NCBI GenBank assembly: GCA_963756325.1 | Contig: CAVWNE010000011.1 | Location: 25,893 to 89,892, forward strand | Origin: an uncultured Acidimicrobiaceae bacterium | GTDB taxonomy: Bacteria > Actinomycetota > Acidimicrobiia > Acidimicrobiales > RAAP-2 | DNA length: 64,000 nucleotides | Direction: 5' to 3' | Part shown: positions 1 to 8,885 of the stretch, one piece after another | Position numbering within the stretch: the stretch's first letter is position 1 | Layout: every line of letters begins with the position of its first letter | Program-made: the position numbers and the translations under genes | The notes under the pieces: model-generated | What the model was told of the DNA's origin: nothing | The model's database searches: none | Seen by the model: only the letters and a program-made list of their open reading frames with translations

Positions 1-261
1 GTTGCGGATGGAGAGCTCGCGCGAGGGAATGACGCCCTCGGACTTAAAGCCAATGTCGAGCAGCACTTCGTCGTGATCGATCTTGACCACCGTGCCGACG
101 ACGAGGTCGCCGTCTTCGAACTCCAAGACGCTGTCGCCGACGAGGGTGGCGAGGTCGGTGCCGACCAAGTCGTCTTCGGTAATGACGCGCGGAAGGTAAT
201 TTCCGTTTTCATCGAAGGTGCCCATTTGCTGGGTCGAGAGGAGGCTGGTGCCGTCCGCCAT
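1..261 (-). CDS. rpsA: 30S ribosomal protein S1, N-terminal part (gene runs off the window start)
   Basis: Not in ORF track because it is open-ended. Reverse translation from ATG at 261 gives MADGTSLLSTQQMGTFDENGNYLPRVITEDDLVGTDLATLVGDSVLEFEDGDLVVGTVVKIDHDEVLLDIGFKSEGVIPSRELSIRN, a typical first S1 domain. rpsA directly after polA is conserved actinobacterial synteny. Confidence 0.85.
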   Translation of the reverse strand, partial: MADGTSLLSTQQMGTFDENGNYLPRVITEDDLVGTDLATLVGDSVLEFEDGDLVVGTVVKIDHDEVLLDIGFKSEGVIPSRELSIRN

Positions 262-359
262 GAGGTACTACTTTCGTGTGACCACAACCGGGGTCTAACT
301 AGTCGATAGGGGCTGGGTCGCCGGTGTTAACCCAGATGACAACTCTAGCATCCGGACCT

Positions 360-3002
360 TTAGCCCTTCGCCGCCGCCCAGTTCTCGCCCCAGTTGAGCG
401 ACACCTCGAGGGGAACCGTGAGCGCGGCCGCGTTCATCAACGCGTCGATCATCACCGCGCTCACGCGCTCTTTCTCCTCCGGCGGCGCCTCCACCACCAC
501 TTCGTCGTGCACCTGCAGGATGAGACGAGCTTCGAGACCTTCGGCGCTCAGCTGTCGATCCAGTCGCACCAGGGCTGACTTGAAGATGTCGGCCGCCAGA
601 CCCTGAATGCCGGCGTTCATCGCCTGACGCTCGATGGCCAGACGTTGCGCGCCAACCGCGTTCTGCAGATCCGGGAAGGGACGGACACGTCCAAACTCGG
701 TGCGCGAGAAACCGTCGATGCGAATCTGCTTCACGATGGCGTCCAGGTACTCCCGCAAGCTCGGAAAGCCCTCGAAGTAGCGATTCATGATCTCTTTGGC
801 CGCGCTGACCGGAATGCCGAGTCGTCGGCTCAGTCCAAAGGCCTCCATGCCATAGACCAGTCCGTAGGAGACGGCTTTGGCGCGTTCGCGCTGTTCGTTG
901 GTGACCTCCTCAGGCTCGACGCCAAAGACCGAAGCGGCGATGGTGCGGTGCACGTCCTCGTGCGAGGCGAACGCGCGGAGCAGTCCCTGGTCTTGGGAGA
1001 GGTGGGCCAAGATTCGCAGCTCAATCTGGTTGTAGTCCGACACGGCCAGCAACCAGCCCGGAGAGGGCGTGAAGGCGTAGCGCAGGCGCCGTCCCTCGAG
1101 CGAGCGCACCGGGATGTTGTGCAGGTTGGGGTTCTCGGAGGAGAGGCGTCCGGTGCGCGCCACGACCTGAGTGAACATGGCGTGGATGCGACCGTCTTCT
1201 TGCACCGTGTCGATGAGGGGCGCGCCGTAGGTGCTGCGGAGTTTCTCGATCTCGCGATATCGAAGGATGAGCGGCACAATGCGGTGCTCGTCCTCGATGG
1301 CCTCGAGACTGCCGGCGTCGGTGGAGCGACCGGACTTTATCTTCTTCACCGCGGTGAGCCCGAGCTCATCGAAGAGAACGACTTGGAGTTGTTGGGGAGA
1401 GTTGACCTTGAACTCGTGGCCGGCGACCTTTTGAATCTCCGCTTCGAGCTCCTTGACCTCGGTAGTGAACTCCTCGGAGATCGTGCGCAGCAGCGCCGCG
1501 TCCACCGATATCCCCCGTGCTTCCATGCGACCCAGCACCGCGACCAGGGGCAGTTCCACCGCTTCGTAGATGCGATTCAGTTCCCAACGATCGACCTCGG
1601 CGCGCAACACGTCACGCAGGCGAGCGATCTGTTGCACCTCTCGCACCAGCGCCTCGTCGCTGGACGCGCTGAACAGCGAGGGACGGGTGTCTTCGATGGG
1701 CTCACCGAGAAAACGCAGGGCCACATCGGCGAGGTCGTAGTGACCACTGATGGAGTCCACCAGGTACGCCATGATCGACGTGTCGTCCGCCGGTTCGCGC
1801 AAGGAGTACCCCGCCTCGCCGGCCCGGCGATACAGAGTGCGGACGTCGTGCCCGGCAAAGGCAATGTCACGGGCGCTCTCAAAGAACTCCTCGAGCGACA
1901 CCACCGCGATGGCTCCGCTGGTCGCGTTAAAAACGGCGACTCGCTCGTGGTTGAACGCCACCAGCGGCACCTCGGCGTCGCCCAAGACGACCGCCAGCGA
2001 GCTCTCGGGCCGCAGCTCAATGTCGGGTCGCGTGGGCACTAGGGCGACGAGCGCCTCTCGCTCCTCGGCGTTCGCGGGCTCGCCCAGCAGGCCATCGGAC
2101 ATGAGCTTGCCCATGCGGGTGCGTACCGAGTTCATCTCGTAGCGCTCAAAAAAAGCGTTCACTTCCTGGCGGTTCCAGCCCCCCAGGGTCAAGTCATTCA
2201 GCGTGAAGTTGAGCGGCACGTCACGAATGAGCATCATGACCTTTTCGTTGTTGCGGGCCCGTTCTTCGAAGGTCGCGAGGTTCTCGCGCAACTTAGGCGT
2301 CAAGGTGTCGAGGTTGGCGTACAACTCATCCATATCTTGGAACTGAGCGAAGAGCTTGGCCGCGGTCTTCTCTCCGACTCCCGGCACGCCCGGCAGGTTG
2401 TCCGAGGTGTCACCGCGCAGGGCGGCGAGCAAGGGGTAGCGCTTGGCCTCGATACCGGTGCGCTCAAAGATGCCGTTCTCGTCGTAGAGCGAGTAGTCCG
2501 ACACGCCCCGCCGGTTGTAGAGAACCTTGACGTAGGGATCCTCCACTAGTTGGAAGGTGTCTCGGTCGCCCGAGACGATGACGACCGGTATTTGGGCGTC
2601 GCGACCCCAGGTCGCGAGGGTCGCCAGCACGTCGTCCGCTTCGTAGCGCTCGACTCCGAGAACCGGGATGTGCAACGTCTCGCACATGGTGCGAATCAGG
2701 TCGAACTGATGCTCGATCTCGGGAGGCGTCGCGTCACGTCCCCCTTTGTAGTCCTCGGTCATCTCATCGCGGAAGGTGCCCCCCGCGAGGTCGAAGGCCA
2801 CCGCGAGCGCCCGAGGGTTCTGTGAACCCACCAGCGAGATGAGCATCGAGGCGAATCCATGAAGGGCGTTGGTGACCACGCCCGAGGACGTCTGAATGTC
2901 GGTGGGCAGAGCGAAGAACGCTCGAAAGGCGAGCGACATGCCGTCGAGCAGTACGAGCGGCCGCCGGTCGACCGGGGCGACTGGCTCAGCCAACGAACTC
3001 AC
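360..3002 (-). CDS. polA: DNA polymerase I
   Basis: 895-aa ORF with a 5'-3' exonuclease N-domain (LVLLDGMSLAFRAFFAL) and family-A polymerase motifs (SDYNQIELRILAHLS, ILQVHDEVVVE). The track ATG at 3047 overlaps the upstream gene by 62 nt. In-frame GTG at 3002 (or TTG at 2993) is the more plausible start. Confidence 0.95.
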   Translation of the reverse strand: MSSLAEPVAPVDRRPLVLLDGMSLAFRAFFALPTDIQTSSGVVTNALHGFASMLISLVGSQNPRALAVAFDLAGGTFRDEMTEDYKGGRDATPPEIEHQFDLIRTMCETLHIPVLGVERYEADDVLATLATWGRDAQIPVVIVSGDRDTFQLVEDPYVKVLYNRRGVSDYSLYDENGIFERTGIEAKRYPLLAALRGDTSDNLPGVPGVGEKTAAKLFAQFQDMDELYANLDTLTPKLRENLATFEERARNNEKVMMLIRDVPLNFTLNDLTLGGWNRQEVNAFFERYEMNSVRTRMGKLMSDGLLGEPANAEEREALVALVPTRPDIELRPESSLAVVLGDAEVPLVAFNHERVAVFNATSGAIAVVSLEEFFESARDIAFAGHDVRTLYRRAGEAGYSLREPADDTSIMAYLVDSISGHYDLADVALRFLGEPIEDTRPSLFSASSDEALVREVQQIARLRDVLRAEVDRWELNRIYEAVELPLVAVLGRMEARGISVDAALLRTISEEFTTEVKELEAEIQKVAGHEFKVNSPQQLQVVLFDELGLTAVKKIKSGRSTDAGSLEAIEDEHRIVPLILRYREIEKLRSTYGAPLIDTVQEDGRIHAMFTQVVARTGRLSSENPNLHNIPVRSLEGRRLRYAFTPSPGWLLAVSDYNQIELRILAHLSQDQGLLRAFASHEDVHRTIAASVFGVEPEEVTNEQRERAKAVSYGLVYGMEAFGLSRRLGIPVSAAKEIMNRYFEGFPSLREYLDAIVKQIRIDGFSRTEFGRVRPFPDLQNAVGAQRLAIERQAMNAGIQGLAADIFKSALVRLDRQLSAEGLEARLILQVHDEVVVEAPPEEKERVSAVMIDALMNAAALTVPLEVSLNWGENWAAAKG

Positions 3003-3558
3003 CTTTGAGGATCTGTTGGGCCACGTCACGCATTCGGGTGCGCGCACGCATGGCGGACTGCTGAATCACCTCAAAGGCGGCGGGCTCGTCGAGTCCGCGC
3101 TCGGCCATCAGTAGCTCTTTCGCCCGTTGCACGATCTCGCGCGTCTCGATTTTGTCGTCGGCGCTCGGTGCGTCGTGAGTGATGAGCGGCTCGCTCGCCG
3201 CAGGATTCATGATGGCCGCCAGCTTGGGCAGGATCTCACTCGAGCGAAAGGGCTTCACCAGGTACGCGGCCACCCCGGCGTCGCGCGCGCTCTCGATGAG
3301 GGTTCGCTGACTAAAGGCGGTGAGGAGCACGACGATGGTGCTCGAACCCTTTAACGCTCGCGCGACCTCAATGCCATCCAGCCCCGGCATCTTGATGTCG
3401 AGCAGGGCCAGGTCGGGCTGATGCTCTTTGATCATGGCCAGGGCGTCGTCACCCCGAGCGGCCTCGCCCACCACGAGATAGCCGTCCCCTTCGAGTATTT
3501 CCTTCAAATCGAGTCGAATAATCGACTCGTCGTCGGCGATAACTACGCGCTTATCCAT
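2986..3558 (-). CDS. pdtaR: ANTAR-domain response regulator (PdtaR-like)
   Basis: N-terminal receiver (VVIADDESIIRLDL...LLDIKMPGLDG) plus C-terminal ANTAR helix region (AKELLMAERGLDEPAAFEVIQQSAMRARTRMRDVAQQIL). Proximity to polA matches the mycobacterial arrangement. Confidence 0.85.
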   Translation of the reverse strand: MDKRVVIADDESIIRLDLKEILEGDGYLVVGEAARGDDALAMIKEHQPDLALLDIKMPGLDGIEVARALKGSSTIVVLLTAFSQRTLIESARDAGVAAYLVKPFRSSEILPKLAAIMNPAASEPLITHDAPSADDKIETREIVQRAKELLMAERGLDEPAAFEVIQQSAMRARTRMRDVAQQILKGEFVG

Positions 3559-3850
3559 TTTCGTCCTTCGGGGTCCACGCGCGTAGAAGTTCGTCGCGCT
3601 GAGCCACCAACTCTTGTACCTCGCCGAGGCGACGCTTCATCTCGGCGTTCGCCACCGCCACGTGGCGAGCCAGATCTTCGTACTCTTTGGACTGCAGGGG
3701 GGTCTCGGACACCAAGGCACGAATCCGCGCGTCGTCGAGGGCGTCATTCCACACCGCGACCTGTTCTTCCAAGACGCCCAGGCTCTCACGGGCCTGGGCC
3801 AATTGGCGTTGGAGGTCCCCGAGACGGCGTTTAACGAGTCCTGAGCCCAT
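3551..3850 (-). CDS. small coiled-coil protein, unknown function
   Basis: The track ORF starts at 3964. The internal ATG at 3850 (MGSGLVKRRLGDLQRQLAQARESLGVLEEQ...) avoids overlap with the upstream gene. Heptad-like charged sequence. Its stop overlaps the pdtaR start by 8 nt. Confidence 0.55.
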   Translation of the reverse strand: MGSGLVKRRLGDLQRQLAQARESLGVLEEQVAVWNDALDDARIRALVSETPLQSKEYEDLARHVAVANAEMKRRLGEVQELVAQRDELLRAWTPKDENG

Positions 3851-3860
3851 GGGAAACAGT

Positions 3861-4916
3861 CTACGAGTCACCCTGGGACAGGACCGTAACGGGCTCGGCC
3901 TCAGCCAGGACCACCACCGAGGGCTCCACGCCGAAGCTGGTGGAGGATGTGGCCGCCACTTCATAGGCGCTCACCCCCACCTCGCCGAGGTCACTCGGCT
4001 CGCGCACGCAACTGTTGGCGAGCGCCCGGTTCACCTGGCGCGCGTAGGGCGACTCGAAGAACCCACCCAGGTAGACACGAAGTCCGAGTTCCTGGGCACG
4101 AAGGATGATCGTTCGCGCGGTGGCGAGACCTCCGACGCGGGCGGGTTTCACACACACCATCGCCGCCGCGTGGTAGCGCTCGATCTGAGCGAGATCACGA
4201 AGAGAACGAACCCCTTCATCCAACGAGACGTCGACGTCTAAACGCTTGGCGAGGCGCGCGTGGTCGATCACGTTTCCTACTGCGAAGGGCTGCTCCACCG
4301 CGTCGAGAGCGGCGAGCTCACTCACCTGCGCCACGACCTCCAGGACCTCGTCATCGTTGCTAGCCGAACAGTTGAAGTCGAGGATCACCGGAAGTCGCAA
4401 CTCACGAAGTTGCTCGCGCGCGAACCCGCTCACCGCTCCGGGGGCGCACTTGGCCCTCACCCGGACCGTTTCATCACTGAGCGGCCACGGAGAGTCGTCC
4501 AACAACGAGACGGTCCGTTGCAGTGGGGTCACCCCTTGAGGCACCCAGAGATCAGAGGCCGGACGCGCGTCGCGACGAAGCTCCCGGTCCAAAAGCGCCA
4601 TCTCAATCAGGGCGAAGGCCACGTTTTGATCAGGGGTCTCGGCCCCGAGGCGCGCCACCCGACTCCAGTGAGGGATCTCGCCTTCGCGCTCACGCACCTC
4701 TTCGAGACGACGAAGAGCAGCGCGTAGGGCAACCAGTACGTCATCCACTCCCGGATCGCCGTTCAAGGGCCACGGCTGGGGCGACACCTCGCCGAAGCCA
4801 AAGTGCCCCTCGTCTTCGACGCGGAGATAGAGGCGCGTGCGCTCGTCGTGCGTCTCGAGGCTTGCGCGAATCGGACGCGTGAGCGCGACGACCTGACGAT
4901 AGAGCGTCACGTTCAT
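3861..4916 (-). CDS. menC: enolase-superfamily enzyme, o-succinylbenzoate synthase-like
   Basis: MR/MLE-type pattern: ...ILDFN..., ...AVEQP..., ...SLDEG..., ...VCVKPARVGG... (metal ligands D/E/D plus catalytic K). menF and menG lie in the same window. The subfamily assignment is inferred. Confidence 0.6.
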   Translation of the reverse strand: MNVTLYRQVVALTRPIRASLETHDERTRLYLRVEDEGHFGFGEVSPQPWPLNGDPGVDDVLVALRAALRRLEEVREREGEIPHWSRVARLGAETPDQNVAFALIEMALLDRELRRDARPASDLWVPQGVTPLQRTVSLLDDSPWPLSDETVRVRAKCAPGAVSGFAREQLRELRLPVILDFNCSASNDDEVLEVVAQVSELAALDAVEQPFAVGNVIDHARLAKRLDVDVSLDEGVRSLRDLAQIERYHAAAMVCVKPARVGGLATARTIILRAQELGLRVYLGGFFESPYARQVNRALANSCVREPSDLGEVGVSAYEVAATSSTSFGVEPSVVVLAEAEPVTVLSQGDS

Positions 4917-4955
4917 TCCAGTGAGCCTAGGTATCCTGGTACGGTGGTCGCCGCA

Positions 4956-5039
4956 GCCCGGATGGCGGAATTGGCAGACGCGGAGGCCTCAAAAGCCTTT
5001 ACTCGAGAGGGTGTGTGGGTTCGAGTCCCACTCCGGGCA
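4956..5039 (+). tRNA. tRNA-Leu (anticodon CAA), class II with long variable arm
   Basis: Folded by hand: acceptor GCCCGGA/TCCGGGC plus discriminator A. Anticodon stem GAGGC/GCCTT with loop CT-CAA-AA. Long variable arm. T-arm GTGGG-TTCGAGT-CCCAC. Confidence 0.9.
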
Positions 5040-5056
5040 CTGTTACTTTGGGAACC

Positions 5057-5986
5057 ATGGTGGATCCCGCAACGCTGCCCTTTCGCGACGACGTCGTCGC
5101 CCTGTTTCCCGGGCAGGGCTCGATCAGCGCGGCGGCCGGTCGGCCGTGGCGAGGTTCGGCCCACTGGAGCGTCGTCGATCGCGTCAGCCGGGTCTCGGGC
5201 GTCGACGTAGAAAGGCTGTTGCTCGACGAGGATCGAGACGACGTCGTACGAACTGATAACGCGCAGCTGGCCACCTTCGCCCTCTCGTTGGTCGGCTATC
5301 ACGAACTGCTCGATCGGGGGGTGCGCCCTCGCTACCTGCTCGGCCACAGTCTGGGCGAGTTCTCTGCCCTGGTGGCGTCGGGTCTTCTCGATCTCGACGA
5401 AGGAACACGTCTCATCGCGGTGCGCGGAGCCGCCATGGCGCGCGCGGCCGCACTGACCGAGGGATCGATGGTGGCCGTCATGGGTGGCGACGAAGGTGCC
5501 CGCGACGCGCTGGCCACCCTCGACAACGTGTGGATCGCCAACATCAACGGGACCGGTCAGATCGTTCTGAGCGGAACACGCGAAGGTCTCGATGATCTGC
5601 TGGCTCGTCACCGTGACCTCGGTTGGCGTCGGGCCACGTCACTGGCGGTCGGCGGAGCGTTTCACTCGCCCCTCATGGCACCAGCTCAGAGTGAGCTCGA
5701 CGCGGCTCTCGCGGGAACCTCCTGGGGCACCACGGAGGCCACGCTGATCTCAAACGTGGATGGTCAGGTGCACACCTCGCCTGGAGAGTGGCGCGATCTC
5801 TTGCGTCGCCAGTTGACCTCACCGGTGGACTTTCTGAACGCCACTCTCGCCCTGCCTGAGTTCGTGCAAACGACGGTGGAAATGCCCCCGGGCGGTGTGC
5901 TCAGCGGGCTCACCAAACGCATCCGCGACTTCACCGCGCAACTCTCTCCCACCACCCTCGAGGAACTACAGGAGTGCCCCCTATGA
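5057..5986 (+). CDS. fabD: malonyl-CoA:ACP transacylase
   Basis: LFPGQGS and active-site GHSLGEFSAL motifs. The track start at 5015 overlaps the tRNA, so ATG at 5057 is preferred. Confidence 0.9.
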   Translation: MVDPATLPFRDDVVALFPGQGSISAAAGRPWRGSAHWSVVDRVSRVSGVDVERLLLDEDRDDVVRTDNAQLATFALSLVGYHELLDRGVRPRYLLGHSLGEFSALVASGLLDLDEGTRLIAVRGAAMARAAALTEGSMVAVMGGDEGARDALATLDNVWIANINGTGQIVLSGTREGLDDLLARHRDLGWRRATSLAVGGAFHSPLMAPAQSELDAALAGTSWGTTEATLISNVDGQVHTSPGEWRDLLRRQLTSPVDFLNATLALPEFVQTTVEMPPGGVLSGLTKRIRDFTAQLSPTTLEELQECPL

Positions 5987-6687
5987 GCCGTCACGTCATT
6001 GTCACCGGCGCCAGTCGCGGCATCGGCGCCGCCATCGCCCAGCACTTTGTGGCCGAGAGCGAGAACGTCGTCACCCTGTCGCGTTCGGGCATCGCGCCCA
6101 GCGGCTGTGCCAAGTCCTTCGAAGTAGACGTGTCGGACTCCACGCAAGTGAATGAAGCCATCAAAGCGGCCGTCGCGGAGTTCGGACCGATCGACGTCGC
6201 AGTGGCGAACGCCGGCGTCACCCGTGACGGCATCGCCATGAGAATGTCCGACGATCAGTGGCGCGACGTGCTGTCCATCAATCTCGACGGCGCGTTCTAC
6301 ACGGCCCGGGCGGCGCTCGCCTCCATGGTTCGCGCGCGCAGCGGATCGATCATCTTCATCGGATCGATCTCCCCCTTCATGGGCACACCCGGTCAAGCCA
6401 ACTACTCGGCGGCGAAGGCCGGACTGGTCGGACTCGCACGCTCCCTGGCCCGCGAGGTCGCCTCTCGATCGATCACGGTAAATGTCGTCGCCCCCGGGTT
6501 GGTCGACACCGACATGACGACCGAGCTCGGCGCCGCGAGGGACGCCATGCTCGCCTTGATCCCGCTGGGACACGTGGGACAGCCGAGCGATATCGCTGGG
6601 GTTGTCGGGTTCCTCGCCAGTAACCATGCGCGCTACATCACCGGCGCGGTCATACCCGTCGACGGAGGGCTCGGTCTCGGTCTTTAG
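5983..6687 (+). CDS. fabG: 3-oxoacyl-ACP reductase (SDR)
   Basis: VTGASRGIG cofactor motif and YSAAKAG catalytic motif. ATG at 5983 overlaps the fabD stop (ATGA) and follows AGGAG at 5970-5974. Confidence 0.9.
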   Translation: MSRHVIVTGASRGIGAAIAQHFVAESENVVTLSRSGIAPSGCAKSFEVDVSDSTQVNEAIKAAVAEFGPIDVAVANAGVTRDGIAMRMSDDQWRDVLSINLDGAFYTARAALASMVRARSGSIIFIGSISPFMGTPGQANYSAAKAGLVGLARSLAREVASRSITVNVVAPGLVDTDMTTELGAARDAMLALIPLGHVGQPSDIAGVVGFLASNHARYITGAVIPVDGGLGLGL

Positions 6688-6745
6688 TGTTCCTTCTCGC
6701 GACACTGATTGACTACGATGGAGCGACAGAAAGTGGGGCTACACC

Positions 6746-6985
6746 ATGGATCGCAACGAAGCACTGGCGAAATTTACTGAGGACACGGTTGAGGTGCTGG
6801 CCGTGGACCCCTCACAAGTCACCCTCGAAGCGTCTTTCGGCGACGACCTTGGCGCGGACAGTCTGGACCTCGTAGAACTCGTGATGGCCCTCGAAGAGAC
6901 CTTCGACATCGAGGTCGCGGAAGACGAGCTCAAAGAGATCAAAACAGTCGGCGAGGCCTTCGAACTGATCTACGCCAAGCTGTAG
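6746..6985 (+). CDS. acpP: acyl carrier protein
   Basis: 79 aa containing DLGADSLDLVELVMALEE, the phosphopantetheine-attachment Ser motif. Confidence 0.95.
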   Translation: MDRNEALAKFTEDTVEVLAVDPSQVTLEASFGDDLGADSLDLVELVMALEETFDIEVAEDELKEIKTVGEAFELIYAKL

Positions 6986-8184
6986 TGCGCGTCGCTGTTT
7001 CCCCCTCGGGACCGATTCAGGGTCGCCGGGTTGCCGTCACCGCGCTCGGCGCTCTGAGCTGCGCGGGCGTGGGTGTGTCAGCTCTGTGGGCCGCCCTCCG
7101 CTCGGACGTCGCGCCCGCCAGCAAACGCATCGGCGAGTTTGACGCTAGCCATCTCGGCAACGCCAAAGAGCTTCGCCGCTTCGACCCCTTCGCGCTGTAC
7201 GCCTTGATGGCGGCCGACGAAGCGTGGCGCGCCAGCGGGTTAGACGGTCCTTACGAGGACGCGGGCAGCATCGTGACGACCGGCATTGGCGGCCTCCAGA
7301 CTGTCCTCGACCAAGACGCCGTTTTGATGTCCCGCGGTCCCGATCGCGTCTCGCCCTTTCTCGTGCCGATGCTGATGCCCAACGCCGCCACCGCCGCCGT
7401 GTCCATGCGCTTTGGACTAGGGGGACCGTGCGAGACCGTCACCACCGCCTGCGCCGCGGGTACCCACGCGATTGGCAACGCCGCGCGCCTGATCGCCTCG
7501 GGGCGCTGCGACATCGCCGTCGCCGGCGGCGCCGAAGCGGTCATCGTTGAGTTGGCCGAAGCCGGGTTCCGCAACATGACCGCTCTCTCCAACAGCGGGC
7601 TGTCACGACCCTTTGACGTCGATCGAGACGGCTTCGTTATGGGTGAGGGTGCGGGCATCTTGATTCTCGAAGACTGGGACTACGCCCACGAACGTGGCGC
7701 GACGATCCTGGCCGAGGTCATCGGCGCCGCGTCCACGGCCGACGCCCATCACATCACGGCCCCCGATCCGAGCGGCCGCGGCGCGGTGCGCTGCATGAAC
7801 TTGGCCCTCGCCGACGCCGACATCGCCGCGGCCGACGTCTCTCACATCAACGCCCACGGCACCTCCACCCCACTGAACGACTTCGCCGAGTCGGTCGCCG
7901 TACACCAAGTCTTCGGCGACGAAGCGCCGCCCACGACCTCGATCAAAGGTCACCTCGGTCACTCCCTCGCGGCCGCGGGCGCCCTGGAAGGCGTGGCGTC
8001 GGTGTTGACGCTGCAGAACCAGTTGATCCCCCCGACGGCCGGAACCACGGTCATCGACCCCGAAGTACACCTCGACGTGGTCATTGGCGAACCTCGCCAA
8101 GCGGAGGTGGACATCGTGCTGTCGAACTCCTTTGGCTTCGGTGGTCACAACGGCAGCGTCATCTTTCGCCGCTACGTCGAGTAG
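6985..8184 (+). CDS. fabF: beta-ketoacyl-ACP synthase II
   Basis: KAS fold motifs (TACAAGTHAIG active-site Cys, HGTSTPLND, GHSLAAAG, NSFGFGGHN). The GTG start shares one nt with the acpP stop. Confidence 0.9.
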   Translation: MRVAVSPSGPIQGRRVAVTALGALSCAGVGVSALWAALRSDVAPASKRIGEFDASHLGNAKELRRFDPFALYALMAADEAWRASGLDGPYEDAGSIVTTGIGGLQTVLDQDAVLMSRGPDRVSPFLVPMLMPNAATAAVSMRFGLGGPCETVTTACAAGTHAIGNAARLIASGRCDIAVAGGAEAVIVELAEAGFRNMTALSNSGLSRPFDVDRDGFVMGEGAGILILEDWDYAHERGATILAEVIGAASTADAHHITAPDPSGRGAVRCMNLALADADIAAADVSHINAHGTSTPLNDFAESVAVHQVFGDEAPPTTSIKGHLGHSLAAAGALEGVASVLTLQNQLIPPTAGTTVIDPEVHLDVVIGEPRQAEVDIVLSNSFGFGGHNGSVIFRRYVE

Positions 8185-8844
8185 TTATAAGGACCACTCG
8201 TTGTAGTGGCGCTCGACGAAGGTGTTGTCGTAGGCCCATCGCGCATTGGCGATGAACTCTCCTAAGCGAACCGGGTCCTTCACCCCCGGCGCACTCTCGA
8301 CACCGCTGCGCACGTCGACGCCAAAGACCGGGAAGTTCTGTACGACGTCGATCACGTTGGTGGCGCTCAGCCCACCCGAGGCGATGAGCGGTACCCGGGG
8401 TCCTGAGTCCGCCAACTGCTCGAGGGCGTCGGCCAACGCCTGACGTTCGTCACTCTCGGGAAGGACTAGGTAGTCCACGCCACTCCACAAGGAGAGCTTC
8501 TCGGTGCCGTCGGGCACGGAGCGCAGCACCGTATTCACGCGGGCGGTGATGTAGCTGAGTTCGTCGCCACTGATCGCTCCGTCGATCTGCACGGCGGTCA
8601 GTCCGAGGGTGTTGGCCACCTCGCACACCCGTTGAGGCAACTCGTTGCGAAACGAACCCACCGTAACGACGCCGCTGGGCAGGCGCCCCACGATGTCGTG
8701 CGCCGTGCCCACCGGGATCTGGCGATCGCCCAGCGCAAAATCAAAACCGACGGCGTTGGCTCCGAGACCCACGGAGAAAAGGGCGTCCTCTTCGGAGGTG
8801 ATGCCCGAGATCTTGATGAAAAGACCCTCAGTGGTGAAACGCAC
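8185..8844 (-). CDS. trpF: phosphoribosylanthranilate isomerase-like
   Basis: FIKISGITSEEDA..., GANAVGFDF..., IASGGLSATNV..., GVDVRSGVESAPGVKD are typical TrpF (beta/alpha)8 signatures. Confidence 0.75.
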   Translation of the reverse strand: MRFTTEGLFIKISGITSEEDALFSVGLGANAVGFDFALGDRQIPVGTAHDIVGRLPSGVVTVGSFRNELPQRVCEVANTLGLTAVQIDGAISGDELSYITARVNTVLRSVPDGTEKLSLWSGVDYLVLPESDERQALADALEQLADSGPRVPLIASGGLSATNVIDVVQNFPVFGVDVRSGVESAPGVKDPVRLGEFIANARWAYDNTFVERHYNEWSL

Positions 8845-8885
8845 GTGTCGTCTCCATGCGTTGAAGGTTACTCACGCCTTTGGCG

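Noticed and set aside
262-359. Stem CTGGGT-n11-ACCCAG (minus strand) between polA and rpsA as a terminator/promoter element.
   Set aside because: Only a 6-bp stem with a large loop. It cannot be distinguished from chance without transcript data.
645-2042. 465-aa plus-strand ORF opposite polA. Similar long antisense ORFs: 5764-6705, 11908-12663, 15406-16431, 23538-24860, 27497-28705, 28752-29993, 37061-37786, 39039-39860, 39923-40561, 43719-44627, 44624-45658, 61533-62384.
   Set aside because: Each lies entirely opposite a gene with unmistakable conserved motifs. Their translations are Arg/Gly/Pro/His-rich low-complexity sequence with no recognisable domains. Stop-poor antisense frames are expected in high-GC DNA.
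5015-5056. Longer fabD start overlapping the tRNA-Leu gene. Similar 5' extensions: 3851-3964, 17670-17819, 19703-19768, 20851-20985, 21630-21734, 28688-28765, 38944-39057, 52235-52345, 62706-62735.
   Set aside because: Internal starts give stop/start coupling (ATGA/GTGA), a Shine-Dalgarno sequence or typical family length. The extensions overlap neighbouring genes and lack homology.
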